NCBI GenBank assembly: GCA_963823665.1 | Contig: CAWGMQ010000004.1 | Coordinates: 1,952,001-2,016,000, forward strand | Length of the DNA stretch: 64,000 bases | Direction: 5' to 3' | Source of the DNA: an uncultured Planctomycetota bacterium | Lineage (GTDB): Bacteria > Planctomycetota > Planctomycetia > Isosphaerales > Isosphaeraceae | In this document: positions 45,572 to 56,585 of the stretch, one piece after another | Position numbering within the stretch: position 1 is the first letter of the stretch | Layout: the number at the start of each line of letters is the position of its first letter | Notes under the pieces: generated by a model | Database searches by the model: none | The model's input: the letters and a program-made list of their open reading frames with translations, nothing else | What the model was told of the DNA's origin: nothing | Program-made: the position numbers and the translations under genes

Positions 45572-48500
45572 TCATGGCCGCGGCACCACGCCCGTGATTT
45601 GACCAACCTTCGCTTCTTCGAAGTTGGCGACGCGGGCGGGGTCGATCCCGTATGGGATCATCGATGCCGCTTCGGGCCCCTCGCCGCGATCGAGCTGGAT
45701 CGTCAGATTGGTGATGTCTTGATGCACCATTCCCTGAAGCCGATCCGGAAAGGTCGGGTCCAGGCACTTGTTGTGCGTGGAAAGCCGGTAGCCGGGAAGA
45801 TCGGACGCGATTCCGATTCCGATCTTCTGAGTCAAGTAGACATAGACAATGCCATCGGGCACTCCGTTGATCTCGAATCTCCCGTTCGCGTCCAGGTCGC
45901 ACGTCAGATCGCCCGCGAAATGCGGCAACACCATCAGCTTGGCTTTGGACGGTGGTGCTTTGCCGTCAGCCAGAATCACCTGGCCGGCCACCCTGCGGCC
46001 GGGCCGAACTTCGAATTCGCCGAGATCGACTGTGGTGCCGTCCGGCCCGGAGTGAAAGCTGCGCGGGAGAACCGTCTGATGGTTCGCGACGCTACCGGCC
46101 CCGCTGTAGATCGAGCACTCCAGCTCCGAGGAGACGAACGGCATCCGGAAACGGCCCTCCGCATCGGTCTTGGTCTCCCGGTTCTCAAGGGGTCGAACAA
46201 ACGTCGAATCGCGTTCTCGAACCACCACCGTCGCCGGATGCTGGACGATCATCCTAAGGCCTTCGACCGGCTTGCCTCCTTTGACAACCCGCCCGGTAAC
46301 CACGGCGCCCACACCCATCCGCAAGGGTTCGTTGATCGCGCCATCCGGCTCGACGAACGAGGGTATTTGGCCAACCATCGTCGCATGGTCCGTCCCTTGC
46401 CGGCGAAAGAGCTTCCAGAACGTCTTGCTCGCCAGACCAGCCGCTTCGACTTTGATGCCCAGATCGGCGTGAGCTTCATCGATCGTGAATGAAAACGCGC
46501 CGCCCGGCAGTGTCTTGATCTGCTTCTCACGGACCTGATTGAGGATCGGCGAAACCACGGCACCAGCGACGCCAGCGCCATCGGGGCCGACCACTCGTCC
46601 CCGGATCATCAGCCCTTCCTTCGGTACGGTCGGTTTCCAGAAGTAGTCCTCGAACGGCTTGATGTCGAGGTCGAGGTCATCGGGATCAGGCGGGTGGGAC
46701 AGCCCGAGTTGCTCTCGCAGAGCCCGATCAACCTCGGCGGCCGCAAAGGCGATCCGTTGCTTCTCCTCATCCGCTTCGCCAGCGAGAGCATCGCTCGAGC
46801 GCATGACAAGAGAACGGGGCTCGCCGGACCTCCGGAAGCTCTCAACTCTCTCTTCGCCTTCGATGAGCCCGAAGACGAGTCGCCCGTCCTTGTCAATAAC
46901 GAAACAGGCGGGATCGACAAGCTCGTACGCGGCGGCTGTCCGTCCTGACCGGAGATCGCCCGGCGCAGCCCATTTGGGCCTGCCCCTTCCTTGGCCGGCG
47001 GTCGGTCAAGCGTGACCTGGATCGGCAAATGACAATCGGCAAACCGCCGCTTGATCAGCGGCCCCCGCTTGTCGCGGAACTCGGCGAGCGAAGTGGCTGA
47101 GGCGTCATGGATGACCAGGATCAAGAGGGGCTGCTTTTCAAGAGCCTTCAGCAACGCAATCAACTGCGGCGGAATCTCTTTACCTTCGCCGTACGATCCG
47201 TCAACGAACGCGAGCAAGACCACTCGGCCGCGAAAGTCCGCGAGTTTCACGGGATGCGCATCGCGATCGACCGCGTCGATCTCAGCGGCCGGCCCGCCGA
47301 GCATCTTGAACCACGCCAACGATTCAATCCGGATCTCAGGCAGGTCAACCGCCCCATCGCCGGCGGGCACGGTCACATCCACGCTGCGCTCGATCGTGGA
47401 CGATCGGAACAGCACCCTGTAGCGTCCTTCTGGCAACCGCAGCTCGAGTTGCCGCGAGCTGTCCACGGCAGCCGAAAAACGCGCCGCACGCCCCCACCAC
47501 GCGCCCCAACCTCCGCTTACATCGCGGGCGGCGCCTTCGCCGGACTCCGATAATGCTGCATACACGTGCCACTCAAGCGGACGATACTCGTTGTCGTAGG
47601 GCGTCTGGAAGAACTTGGCGCGGACCAGCCTGGTTGGTTTCAGGCCAACCTCGAGCGGGCGATCGGCATCATGAACACGGACAACCGCGGCTTGCTCTTG
47701 TCGAAAGTCGGGCGAGGCAAAATGGAGGTAGACCGCAGGATTCTGGGGAAGTGAGAAGGTCGCCTCAACCGCGAACTGGCCCTCCGCATCGGTGCGCGTG
47801 GCGACGGCCGAGTAGCTGCTCAGCGGGATCATCCGCCTCCGTCCCTTGGCGAGCCGAACTTCGAGAAAGGTTTTCTCGGGCGACTTGGCGAGGATCTCCA
47901 GATCCTTGCGCGAGAGATAGGGGCGGAATCGTGATCGATTGGCTTGCCGGACGTCCGTAGGATCGAGTGTCTGCCATCGCCCGTCGTCGTCACGATACTC
48001 GAAATAGCTGGCGAGTCGGCCGGGCGCAACGACTTTGCCCTGAGCATCGCGATACGGCGTCTGCGTCACGCGGATGCGGTCTTCGTCCGTGACAAGCTTC
48101 CACACATCGAGCATCGGCTCGACCTCGCTCCCCACCCACGCCCTGCCAACCGGTCGACCCTGGTCGTCGCGAACGATCCCGCGCAGCATCCGCTTGACCG
48201 TCCGCGCTGGCTCAGGCGTCTTGGCCGGCGTCTGCTCCGCAATGAGATCCTGTTCGCCGCGCGTTTGCTGGGCGAAGACAGGGCCGTGGCCGACAGGTGG
48301 ACCCTCCCGAGCGACCCAGAGAGTCACAATTGCCGTCACGAACGCCGAGACCAGAGCGATTCCCAAGAGGATCTTTAGCTTCGCCAACGCCATCGTGCGC
48401 GAGACTTGTTCGGCCAGCGTTACTGTGGTCGCGCCGGCGGCTTCTGGAGTCGGGCTGGCCCAACCAAATCGCATTGCGAGCCTCACTGTTGCTTCATTCC

Positions 48501-49164
48501 AGGCCTCCGGTGCTATGGCAAGTTGATGAATCGCGAAGCCCAGACCCGGAAGGACTGCCGATAGATCGACATCCCTCCTCGCGAGGCGAGCTTTCAGTTT
48601 TTCGCGCCCTCTTGCCAGGCGGCTCTGCACGGTCCCGATCGGGCAACGGAGCTGAGCGGCGGCTTGTTCCTGGGTCAAGCCTTCGAGATAGCAGAGGACC
48701 AGCGGCGATCGAAACGACTCCGGCAGCCGCTCGAGCTCGTCGTGCAGCCATTGCCACCGCGCTCGTTCCGGCTCGATTGCCAGATCCGATTCGACCACAC
48801 GACCAGCCGCTGCCTCACCCCGACGGCGCTCATGGGCTCGCCTCCTGGCAGACGCAACCCGCGCCTTCGCCGCAACTCGCAATGCGACCCCGTACAGCCA
48901 GGACGCCACTGACTCGCGCCTGTGAATTGAATTAGCCCGCCGCGAGAAAACCAAGAATGTTGCCTGCGAGGCGTCCTGGGCATCGTGCTCGTCGGAGAGC
49001 ACCTGCCGGCAAACGCGCAACACCATCGCCCCGTGCCGGTCGACGAGTGCAGCAAACGCCGCTTCGTCTCGCCGCAACACAAAGCGTTCGACCAACTGGG
49101 AATCGCTCTGACCGCCGGCGATCCCCGCGTGAAACAAGGTTTCGATCTGCCTCGAGAGTCTCAT
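45572..49164 (-). CDS. ECF sigma-70 factor fused to TM helix, carboxypeptidase-regulatory-like repeats and thioredoxin-like domain; frameshift near 46962
   Basis: SDSQLVERF, HGAMVLRVCRQVL, QATFLV, LEGLTQEQAA..GTVQSRLARGR; GIVRDDQGRPV, TDAEGQF, GRVVGPDG repeats; KLADFRGRVVLLAF. Confidence 0.85.
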
Positions 49165-49357
49165 TGCCGCCCACTGAGAAGGTTGATCTGTTCGGTCTGC
49201 GCCCGGATTTCACCGGATAGTGCCCCGTCGTCGCCGGATTATTCCCGGAAGTTTGAAGAATTCCCGATGATTCGAGTACCACCGCGCAAAACTAATCAGA
49301 GCCAAGAGTTCCGTCAAGCAACGAAGCTCTCGCCCCAATCTGGCATCCGACGGCCGG

Positions 49358-50473
49358 CTACACACCCAAGACCCGATCCCGCGCCGTGACTTCCCACTGC
49401 CCAGCGACCTCGCCCTCTTCGATCACGTAGGCGCGTCGATGCAATGCAACCGTGGGGCAAATGTGGGTGGGAATCGCCAGGAGTGGCGTTCCGAGCGGGA
49501 TGTTCTCCGCCTGGGCGGTTTCGATGACGAGGTGTTCTTCGCTGTGCACCACCGGCCGGGCGTCGTCCGGCTCGAGCAACCGCGCACGCGGCCCTGCCGG
49601 GTCGGCCGCGACTGCCTTGTGGCCCAGGTCCAGGCAAAGGCGGCCCTTTGCAGGGTGACTGACCACTCGCGTAAGAAGCAGCGCCGCAGGTGTGAAAGGG
49701 AGATCAGGATATTTTGAACCGTATCCGTGGTCCGCCAGGACGCTCGTGCCCGGAGAGAACTCCACGCCGGGAAACTGAAGGTCCTTGTGGACAGGAAACG
49801 ATGGAGTCCCGCCCACGACCATCCGGCGCACGGGCAGTCCCAGCTTCAACAGCCGCTCGCGGAAAGCGAGCGCACTCTCGAGGCCCGTTTGCGCAGTCTG
49901 CCGCCGCGCAGCGAGGTCGTTGTCATGGATGTGTCCGTCGTATGCGTGCAGGCCGTCGACGACAAGATTCGGCAAACTGTCGACGAGTGCATACAGTTCG
50001 GCGGCCGCATCACCTGGCGCGATACCCGTGCGCCCCATCCCGACTTCGAGATCGATCAAGACCGGTATAGGTCGTTCGACGCCGAGAGCCGCCGATGAGA
50101 GCGCCCTCGCCGCGTCGGGGTGATCGACTGTGGCCCGGAAGGTCGTGGCCCGGTACGCTCGCGCAAGCTGAATGAACCGTTTCACATTCGGTCCCACGAG
50201 CGGGTAGGCAAGAAGCACGTCGGCGCCGCCCGCGGTCGCGACCATCTCGGCCTCGGCAATGGTGGCGCATTTGTGACGATGAATGCCCAGCGACTCCGCC
50301 AACCGAACGATTTCCGCCATCTTGTGCGTTTTGACATGTGGCCGCAGGCGCTCCGCACCTTCGGCCATTGCGATCATCGTTTCGAGGTTTTCACGAACCA
50401 CCTTGGGATAGATCAAGAGCGAAGGGCTGAGCAGTTCGGAACAGTCGCGGACCACGTAACGCGGATCCATCAT
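49358..50473 (-). CDS. D-threonine aldolase / DSD1-family PLP-dependent enzyme
   Basis: LRPHVKTHK, CATIAEAE, GMGRTG, YDGH, GGTPSF, DLGHKA, SEEH, PTHICPT. Confidence 0.92.
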   Translation of the reverse strand: MMDPRYVVRDCSELLSPSLLIYPKVVRENLETMIAMAEGAERLRPHVKTHKMAEIVRLAESLGIHRHKCATIAEAEMVATAGGADVLLAYPLVGPNVKRFIQLARAYRATTFRATVDHPDAARALSSAALGVERPIPVLIDLEVGMGRTGIAPGDAAAELYALVDSLPNLVVDGLHAYDGHIHDNDLAARRQTAQTGLESALAFRERLLKLGLPVRRMVVGGTPSFPVHKDLQFPGVEFSPGTSVLADHGYGSKYPDLPFTPAALLLTRVVSHPAKGRLCLDLGHKAVAADPAGPRARLLEPDDARPVVHSEEHLVIETAQAENIPLGTPLLAIPTHICPTVALHRRAYVIEEGEVAGQWEVTARDRVLGV

Positions 50474-50599
50474 GGGAGCATGGCCTCAGTTGGAGGGAAT
50501 CCGGATGCATCGTTCCAGGTTACGCCTCAACCGCCTGTAAGAAAACACCATGTTCGGGCGACTCATTAGTATCGATCGCTTGAGGCAGCGGAGAAACTC

Positions 50600-51166
50600 A
50601 TGCCGGACTGGCCGGAGATTCTTGAACGCGAAGGGAGAGCGGTGTGGCAGACGGCTTACCGGATTCTCGGAAACCGGGCCGACGCCGACGAGTGTTTTCA
50701 GGAGGCCTTTCTCGCCGCCTGGGAGGTCTCCCGCCGCGAACCGGTTCAAAACTGGCGGGCCTTGCTGTTGCGCCTGGCCGCAGCCCGTGCGCTGGATCGC
50801 CTGCGCCAGCGGCGGAGGCGCGCGGCCCGCGAGCTGCCGGCCAACTTGGAAGCTGTCGCCGGTCATGAATTATCGCCTTCGCAGAGCGCTCTGGAGACCG
50901 AGCTCTCGGAACGGTTGCGAAACGCACTCGCTCGTCTCGCGCCCAAGCAGGCAGAGATCTTTTGCCTCCATTGCCTCGAGGGCTGGAGTTATCAAGAAAT
51001 CGCAGAACACCTGGCGATCTCGGTGAACTCGGTCGGTGTGCTTCTACACCGGGCCCGCACGCGTTTGCGGCGACTTCTGGATAGCCACGATGCCGCTCAA
51101 GGAGCCGGCGAATGCGACCGCAGTTCAGCCGCTCCGGCCCAGCTCGCGCGAAAGGAGCGTCCATGA
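50600..51166 (+). CDS. ECF RNA polymerase sigma factor
   Basis: AYRILGNRADADECFQEAF, EGWSYQEIAEHL, VGVLLHRARTRLR. Confidence 0.92.
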   Translation: MPDWPEILEREGRAVWQTAYRILGNRADADECFQEAFLAAWEVSRREPVQNWRALLLRLAAARALDRLRQRRRRAARELPANLEAVAGHELSPSQSALETELSERLRNALARLAPKQAEIFCLHCLEGWSYQEIAEHLAISVNSVGVLLHRARTRLRRLLDSHDAAQGAGECDRSSAAPAQLARKERP

Positions 51167-52371
51167 GCACGATTCCCCCCTCTGATGATTCCTTGAGCGA
51201 AGCCGAAGCTTGCCTGCGCCGGATTCAAATACCACCCGGTCCCTCGGAAGAGACAGTGGGCCGGACCCTGGCCGCGCTCCAGGCGAAAAAACGTTCGAAA
51301 GGCAACCTCTTATCAAGGAGAAACCTGATGACAACGTCGATCAAGATTGCGGCTGCGGTTCTCGTCACTGCCGGCGGGCTGATTTATTTCGCGGTTGCGC
51401 CGCCCGTGAAGGCGACGACGGCATTCGCCGAGATGGCGCAGAAACTCAGCAAGGCTCATACGCTCTCCTACCGCACGTCCATGGAAGGTCCCGACATGAA
51501 GGAACCGTTCAAAGGACAGTGCTTCTTCAAAGAGCCGAACCTGACTCGAACAGAAATGGACAATGAATCGGTCGTGATCATGGACGGAGGCCAGGGAAAG
51601 CAGCTCATCCTCGACCCGGCGACGAAGTCCGCGCTGCTTCTGGAAGGCAAAGCCGATGCTCCTCGTGCCGCTGACGGAGGCGCAGGGCTCATCGAACACC
51701 TGAGGAAGCTGAGCGAAGGCGATGCCAAACCAGTCGGTGAGAAAAACATTGGTGACGTGCGTGCCCGGGGCTATCTCGTCAACAAGCTCGGGACGGAGAT
51801 GACCATCTGGGTCGACCCGGCGACGCGCATGCCTTTGCGAATGGAGTCTGTCAGCCGATTTCAGGGCAAAGAATTTCGGTCAGTGGCCAGCGACTTTCAA
51901 ATCGATGTCGCACTCGACGATGCCCTGTTCAAGGTCGCGCCACCTGCTGGCTACGCGCTCCGCAAGGAGGAATCAAAGATCATTGGGATGGATGAAAAAA
52001 CGTTCCTGAATCCCGAACAGGCGGTTGCCGACCTGCTGCGAATCTTCGCGGAGAAGACCGGCGGCACATTTCCAAAGCGCCTGGATGATCCAGAGGAATT
52101 CCGGAAGATGATGCCGCAACAGGCACAGAAGACTGCCATCCCGGATTCGGAGACGTTCCGGACGATTCAAGCTCTCACTCGGTTCATGATGGCGACGCAA
52201 GCCCTCAGGGAAAAATTCGGCTACACGCCCGATGGGGTGAAGCTCGGTGACGCCGACAAGATCCTCTTCTGGTACCGCCCTGATGGCGGCACAAGCTATC
52301 GAGCGATCTTCGGAGACCTGCACGCAGCCGACGTGAGAGCGGACAAGCTTCCCGCGAATCCGAAGCCGTGA
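51163..52371 (+). CDS. Putative anti-sigma factor with TM helix and LolA-like extracytoplasmic domain
   Basis: ATGA overlap with the sigma gene, AAGGAG RBS, one TM helix, IWVDPATRMPLRME, LDDALF..PPAGY. Confidence 0.75.
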   Translation: MSTIPPSDDSLSEAEACLRRIQIPPGPSEETVGRTLAALQAKKRSKGNLLSRRNLMTTSIKIAAAVLVTAGGLIYFAVAPPVKATTAFAEMAQKLSKAHTLSYRTSMEGPDMKEPFKGQCFFKEPNLTRTEMDNESVVIMDGGQGKQLILDPATKSALLLEGKADAPRAADGGAGLIEHLRKLSEGDAKPVGEKNIGDVRARGYLVNKLGTEMTIWVDPATRMPLRMESVSRFQGKEFRSVASDFQIDVALDDALFKVAPPAGYALRKEESKIIGMDEKTFLNPEQAVADLLRIFAEKTGGTFPKRLDDPEEFRKMMPQQAQKTAIPDSETFRTIQALTRFMMATQALREKFGYTPDGVKLGDADKILFWYRPDGGTSYRAIFGDLHAADVRADKLPANPKP

Positions 52372-52385
52372 TCGTGTCTGCTCCG

Positions 52386-53474
52386 TCACGGTGCCGGTAT
52401 GACGGGGCAGCCGTTTGTAAGGCGGCGGCCTTGCTGCTCGTCGATGTCGAGGTGATCGAGCAGGCGGCGGCGGAGCAGGCGCAAGAGTTCCTCGGGGTTG
52501 GTCGAAGAGTCGTCGGCCAGTTTGATCGCGCCGCCGGCACGCTTGTCGTGACCGCCGGCGCTGCCGAGGCCGCGCACGACTTCGTAGAGCACCTCACCCG
52601 CGCGGCCGCCCAGCCAGTCCGCGCGGAGCGACAGCTTCATCTGCCCGTCGAACACCCCAGCCGCCAGCGACCAGTCGACCTGATCAAAACGAATAAAGAA
52701 ATCGGCTATCTCGGCGATGATGTCGGGCTGCGTGACATACCCGCACCAGGTGAAAACCAGCTTGTCGTACAGGAAGGCGTTGGCCAGGGCGGTCTGAAAG
52801 GTCGCGAAGTGGCTCTGGGGCAGCTTGGGATTGCGAATCTGGGCCAGCAAGTCTTTATCAGCGCGAGGAAAGAGCCAGATCAAGGCTGAGTCATCGAGCG
52901 GAGTGGCCTCGCGCGGGTAACCCGTTGTCTCCGATTCGATGCCATAAAGCAGCGCCGTCGCCAGGTTGGGCGAAACGGTAACGTCCTTCTCGATCAGGTA
53001 GTTGGTCACGATCGTGCTTGTGGCGCCCACGCTCGCCCGGATGTCGTAAAAGAGCACACCCGCAAGCTGCCCACCCGTATCATGATGGTCGACCACGACT
53101 TGAGGCATCGCGGCTTCGCTGAATCGCCGCCCGGTGTAGGGTTGAGAGTCGACCATCACGACGGCGGTTTCGGCGTCGATGGCCACGGTTTCAACTGGAA
53201 CCAGCGAGATCGGAATCAGTTCGGCCATTGCCCGGTTTTCCGATCGAGCGATCATGCCGTCGACGGTCAGAATGACGGGTTTGCCGCGCTCTGCCGATTC
53301 GAGCAGCGCCTGAATTCCCAGCATGCTCGCCAGCGAGTCCGGGTCCGGGTTCACGTGCGAGACCAACACGACGCGACGAAACGGCGCAAGTGTCGCGAGT
53401 AACTGGTCGCACGGGGTGCCGCGAGATCGTTCGGGGTCGGTTGTCGAGTCAGCGCTTTCGAGTTTGGCCGTCAT
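52386..53474 (-). CDS. DHH family phosphoesterase (NrnA-like)
   Basis: SHVNPDPDS, VDSQP, VDHH, GATSTI, SLR, AGGH. Confidence 0.88.
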   Translation of the reverse strand: MTAKLESADSTTDPERSRGTPCDQLLATLAPFRRVVLVSHVNPDPDSLASMLGIQALLESAERGKPVILTVDGMIARSENRAMAELIPISLVPVETVAIDAETAVVMVDSQPYTGRRFSEAAMPQVVVDHHDTGGQLAGVLFYDIRASVGATSTIVTNYLIEKDVTVSPNLATALLYGIESETTGYPREATPLDDSALIWLFPRADKDLLAQIRNPKLPQSHFATFQTALANAFLYDKLVFTWCGYVTQPDIIAEIADFFIRFDQVDWSLAAGVFDGQMKLSLRADWLGGRAGEVLYEVVRGLGSAGGHDKRAGGAIKLADDSSTNPEELLRLLRRRLLDHLDIDEQQGRRLTNGCPVIPAP

Positions 53475-53592
53475 TTTCGGCTGGGTTGCAGGACATCACG
53501 CTCCGTGGCGCATGCGGGGCTCAAACGACGAAACCAGATTTGGAGACCGATGATCTCTTCATTCTACGCCAAGAGCGATGGCCATTGCCAGG

Positions 53593-54336
53593 CTATGGCG
53601 GCGTGACCTTGGTCGAAGCCTTACCGGAGCGTGCCTGATCGCGAAGCCGCTTCTTGGCATAGTACGACTCAAGCTCGCGCACAGTTTCTTCGTCGATCCG
53701 AGGGTCGGGGGCGGCGATTTCGCCGGAACCTTCGGGGCGCGGAGGCCGGAACCCGTACTTGATTTCCGCGTTCTCGATAGCCCTGCTGACCGCTGCGTCG
53801 TAGCGGGCACGTTCGCGCGGTGTCAATTCGATAATTCCGGAAGTGGTCGGAGCCGGACGCGCCACGTGCGCCACCATGAGCGAAAGCCCGACAAGCAACA
53901 CGAGGACATTGAGGCTCACTTCCCGGCGGCGCAAGTGCTCGATCTGCGCGGCGTTTAATGCACCATCACGGCCTTCGGTGCAAATGGCGGGTGTCAGGGC
54001 GTTACCGCCGTATAACATCAGCAGGGTCACGCAGATAATCGCCAGGGCCTGCACCGCGACCATCGCCCGGCGGTATTCCTGGAAACAGAGCGGCCCCGCC
54101 ACGAAGGATGCCAGCGCGACGGCTCCGGAAATTGCGCCGCCTGAGTAGTAACGCGGATAGACGGCTCGAACCAGTGCACGAGCTGACTCTGCACCAACCG
54201 CCTTGAACAGAACGGGGCCAAGCGCGAATGTGAAGAAGATCGCCCCGCCGATCCATACGGCAAGCGCAGCAAGGTATACCGAATCGAACAGAGTAAGCAG
54301 ATGACTCGCCGTCAAGTAATGCCCCTGAATCTCCAC
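53593..54336 (-). CDS. DUF4149-like membrane protein
   Basis: Four TM helices, WIGGAIFF...P.LF...YPRYY. Confidence 0.7.
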   Translation of the reverse strand: MEIQGHYLTASHLLTLFDSVYLAALAVWIGGAIFFTFALGPVLFKAVGAESARALVRAVYPRYYSGGAISGAVALASFVAGPLCFQEYRRAMVAVQALAIICVTLLMLYGGNALTPAICTEGRDGALNAAQIEHLRRREVSLNVLVLLVGLSLMVAHVARPAPTTSGIIELTPRERARYDAAVSRAIENAEIKYGFRPPRPEGSGEIAAPDPRIDEETVRELESYYAKKRLRDQARSGKASTKVTPP

Positions 54337-54392
54337 GCGCAGCAGATCGCCGTCCGCAAAACCACGCCCAGCAACATACAGCTTTTAACCGG

Positions 54393-55868
54393 CTAGCTGC
54401 CAGGGTTCGCTCGATTGGAATTGCGATACTGGAGTGCACGCTCGAGAAGCTTGGGGTCAATTGTCAGGGGCTTGGCCTTCGCCTTCGAGGCACCGGCTGC
54501 GGCCTTTCTCTTGGGCGCCGCGGGCATGAGGTCGGCATCGTCGTCGTCATCATCGTCATCGTCGGCGAGTGCAGCGGGTTTGGACGTAGTGCCGGGCGAA
54601 GGCGCCCTTGATTTTGCGGCGGCTGGCGGTCGCTTGGCGGCCGAGTCGGCCGAGTTCTTGGGTGCGGCCAGCTTCGGCATCACGCCGGAGACTGCGAACG
54701 GGATTGGGAATTCCTGCGGATCTGAGGGGTTTTGACTGATGACCGGCACTGGGGCGCCGGGCTTCTGGCGGGGACGCGACGGCATGTTGGGCGAGGCAGC
54801 CGCATCATTGGCCGGTTGAACCGCGCCCGAGCGGTTACGGTCGACCGCGAATACTTCGTCACTCTCGATGAGGTCTCGCGACGCCTCGCGACGAGCGGCC
54901 TCATCGCCCCGTTTGGGAGGCGCCAGATGATTGGCCCAATCGGCCAGGATCTTGTAAGCCGGGTCATTTGAGCCCAGAAAGATGGGCCGCGGTTTGGCAC
55001 CCGGACCGTGCGGACGCAGCGTGCTCGAAAGCAACTCGCTGCGCGACGGGTTCATCGGGTCGATAAGCCCGAGGGTCGCATCGAGATTGGCACGCAGTGC
55101 ATCCGAGGTACGGTCGGCACGGCCGCGGACCGGCACAAGCTGAAATTTACCCGGGTGCTGACCATTGTGGCAGTTCGCGCAATACCGTTGCAGCAGTGGA
55201 TGTACGAACCGGTTGAACTCCTGCGTCCGCTTGATCGCCACAGGCATCGGCAGATCGAAGATGACAGGCAAGTCTTTCACGTCCAGGCCGCGCTGGGCAT
55301 TGCGCAGCACGGCCGGGTCGATAGCTTCCCGTCGGTCGTCGGCCGTGGCTTCGGCTTGGCGGACACCCGGGTCGCGCTCGCGGCGGGCAAGTCTGGCTGC
55401 CGCCTGCTCGATTGACACCAGCATGGCCTTCGCCTGCTCGTTCTTGGGGTTGAGGTCGACAACCGATTGGAGAAGCTGCCCGGCCTCCTCGGTGAGCTTC
55501 AGGTGCAAGCACCAGTGTGCCAGCTTCATTCGCTCTTCGGAATCTCCTTCGGGAAGCTGCGACAACCGGTATTCGTATGCTTGACGTACCGAGTCGAACG
55601 AACCCTCCACTCGTTTCTTCGGAAAATGCATCGTGCCGACTCGCTGTTCGATCCGGTATTCCGACTCGGTCTCCGTAACAATGCCTGGGATGAGCTTGCC
55701 GTCGGTCAGGAGCACATATCGTTCGCGGGTCGCTCGCGCCTGTTTGGTCGTTTGCCGCTGAATCGCGGACGGTTGCTGAGCTGCGGTTTGACCGCGCGCG
55801 GCAACCCAGGTCGAAGCACAGACCACGTAAAGCGATAATCCAACAGTAATTCGATTGAACGTAGACAT
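54393..55868 (-). CDS. Secreted hypothetical protein with TPR-like module and one CxxCH heme motif
   Basis: Signal peptide; LAHWCL; VHPLLQRYCANCH; acidic and Ala/Lys-rich tail. Confidence 0.7.
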   Translation of the reverse strand: MSTFNRITVGLSLYVVCASTWVAARGQTAAQQPSAIQRQTTKQARATRERYVLLTDGKLIPGIVTETESEYRIEQRVGTMHFPKKRVEGSFDSVRQAYEYRLSQLPEGDSEERMKLAHWCLHLKLTEEAGQLLQSVVDLNPKNEQAKAMLVSIEQAAARLARRERDPGVRQAEATADDRREAIDPAVLRNAQRGLDVKDLPVIFDLPMPVAIKRTQEFNRFVHPLLQRYCANCHNGQHPGKFQLVPVRGRADRTSDALRANLDATLGLIDPMNPSRSELLSSTLRPHGPGAKPRPIFLGSNDPAYKILADWANHLAPPKRGDEAARREASRDLIESDEVFAVDRNRSGAVQPANDAAASPNMPSRPRQKPGAPVPVISQNPSDPQEFPIPFAVSGVMPKLAAPKNSADSAAKRPPAAAKSRAPSPGTTSKPAALADDDDDDDDDADLMPAAPKRKAAAGASKAKAKPLTIDPKLLERALQYRNSNRANPGS

Positions 55869-56074
55869 GCGCGGTCAAATCCCGAAGTCGCCGCCGGGAA
55901 AGGAGATGATCCGACGGTCATTGGGCATTGAAATGGCACTTTACGCGCGAAATGGTGGCGGGACCGTAGCCAAGAGCCTAAAATTCGTCAAGGCGAGTTC
56001 GTCGGCTTGTTCTCTCGGCGATCGCGCCGCCCGGCGATCCAACCGATTCCTGGAACCCAGAGGCACGCTGCAAC

Positions 56075-56362
56075 ATGTCCCCCCGGGAGCCTTCCCCGCT
56101 CTTTCTGGCTATGATTGGACAGGTTATTGTGGTCGACTTGCGATCGACATACGTCTGCCTGGGTACACTCGTCGGCGGCGATGACTCGTTTCTCGAAATG
56201 ATCGACGCCGATTTTCACGATTTCCGCGATAGCACGGCAACTCGAGAGATCTACGTTTACGACTCGGCTCGTTACGGAATCCGGCGCAACCGTGCACGCA
56301 TCTTGCTCCGACTGGATGATGTCGTGGCCATCTCCCGCTTCGCCGACATCGCTTCGTCCTGA
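56075..56362 (+). CDS. Small Sm/LSm-fold-like protein
   Basis: IGQVIVVDL...GTLVGGDDSFLEMIDA...ILLRLDDVVAIS matches the Sm1/Sm2 pattern. Confidence 0.6.
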   Translation: MSPREPSPLFLAMIGQVIVVDLRSTYVCLGTLVGGDDSFLEMIDADFHDFRDSTATREIYVYDSARYGIRRNRARILLRLDDVVAISRFADIASS

Positions 56363-56585
56363 CGAATCGCCTTCGCTTCACCTGGGAATTCTGATCCTGA
56401 ATGCGTCGAGACTCGTATTAATCAGGAGAAAATACTTCAGGTGGCGAAGATATGCTCAGGACCAGGCGCGGCGCTTGCTACAGGATTATCTGCATCGCCG
56501 ACAAAAACCAGACACGCGCGGTGGCCCGGCCATTCGAAATATAACGGACAACGCAAGTTGCGTCTCGCAAGAGGAAAAGAACCCC

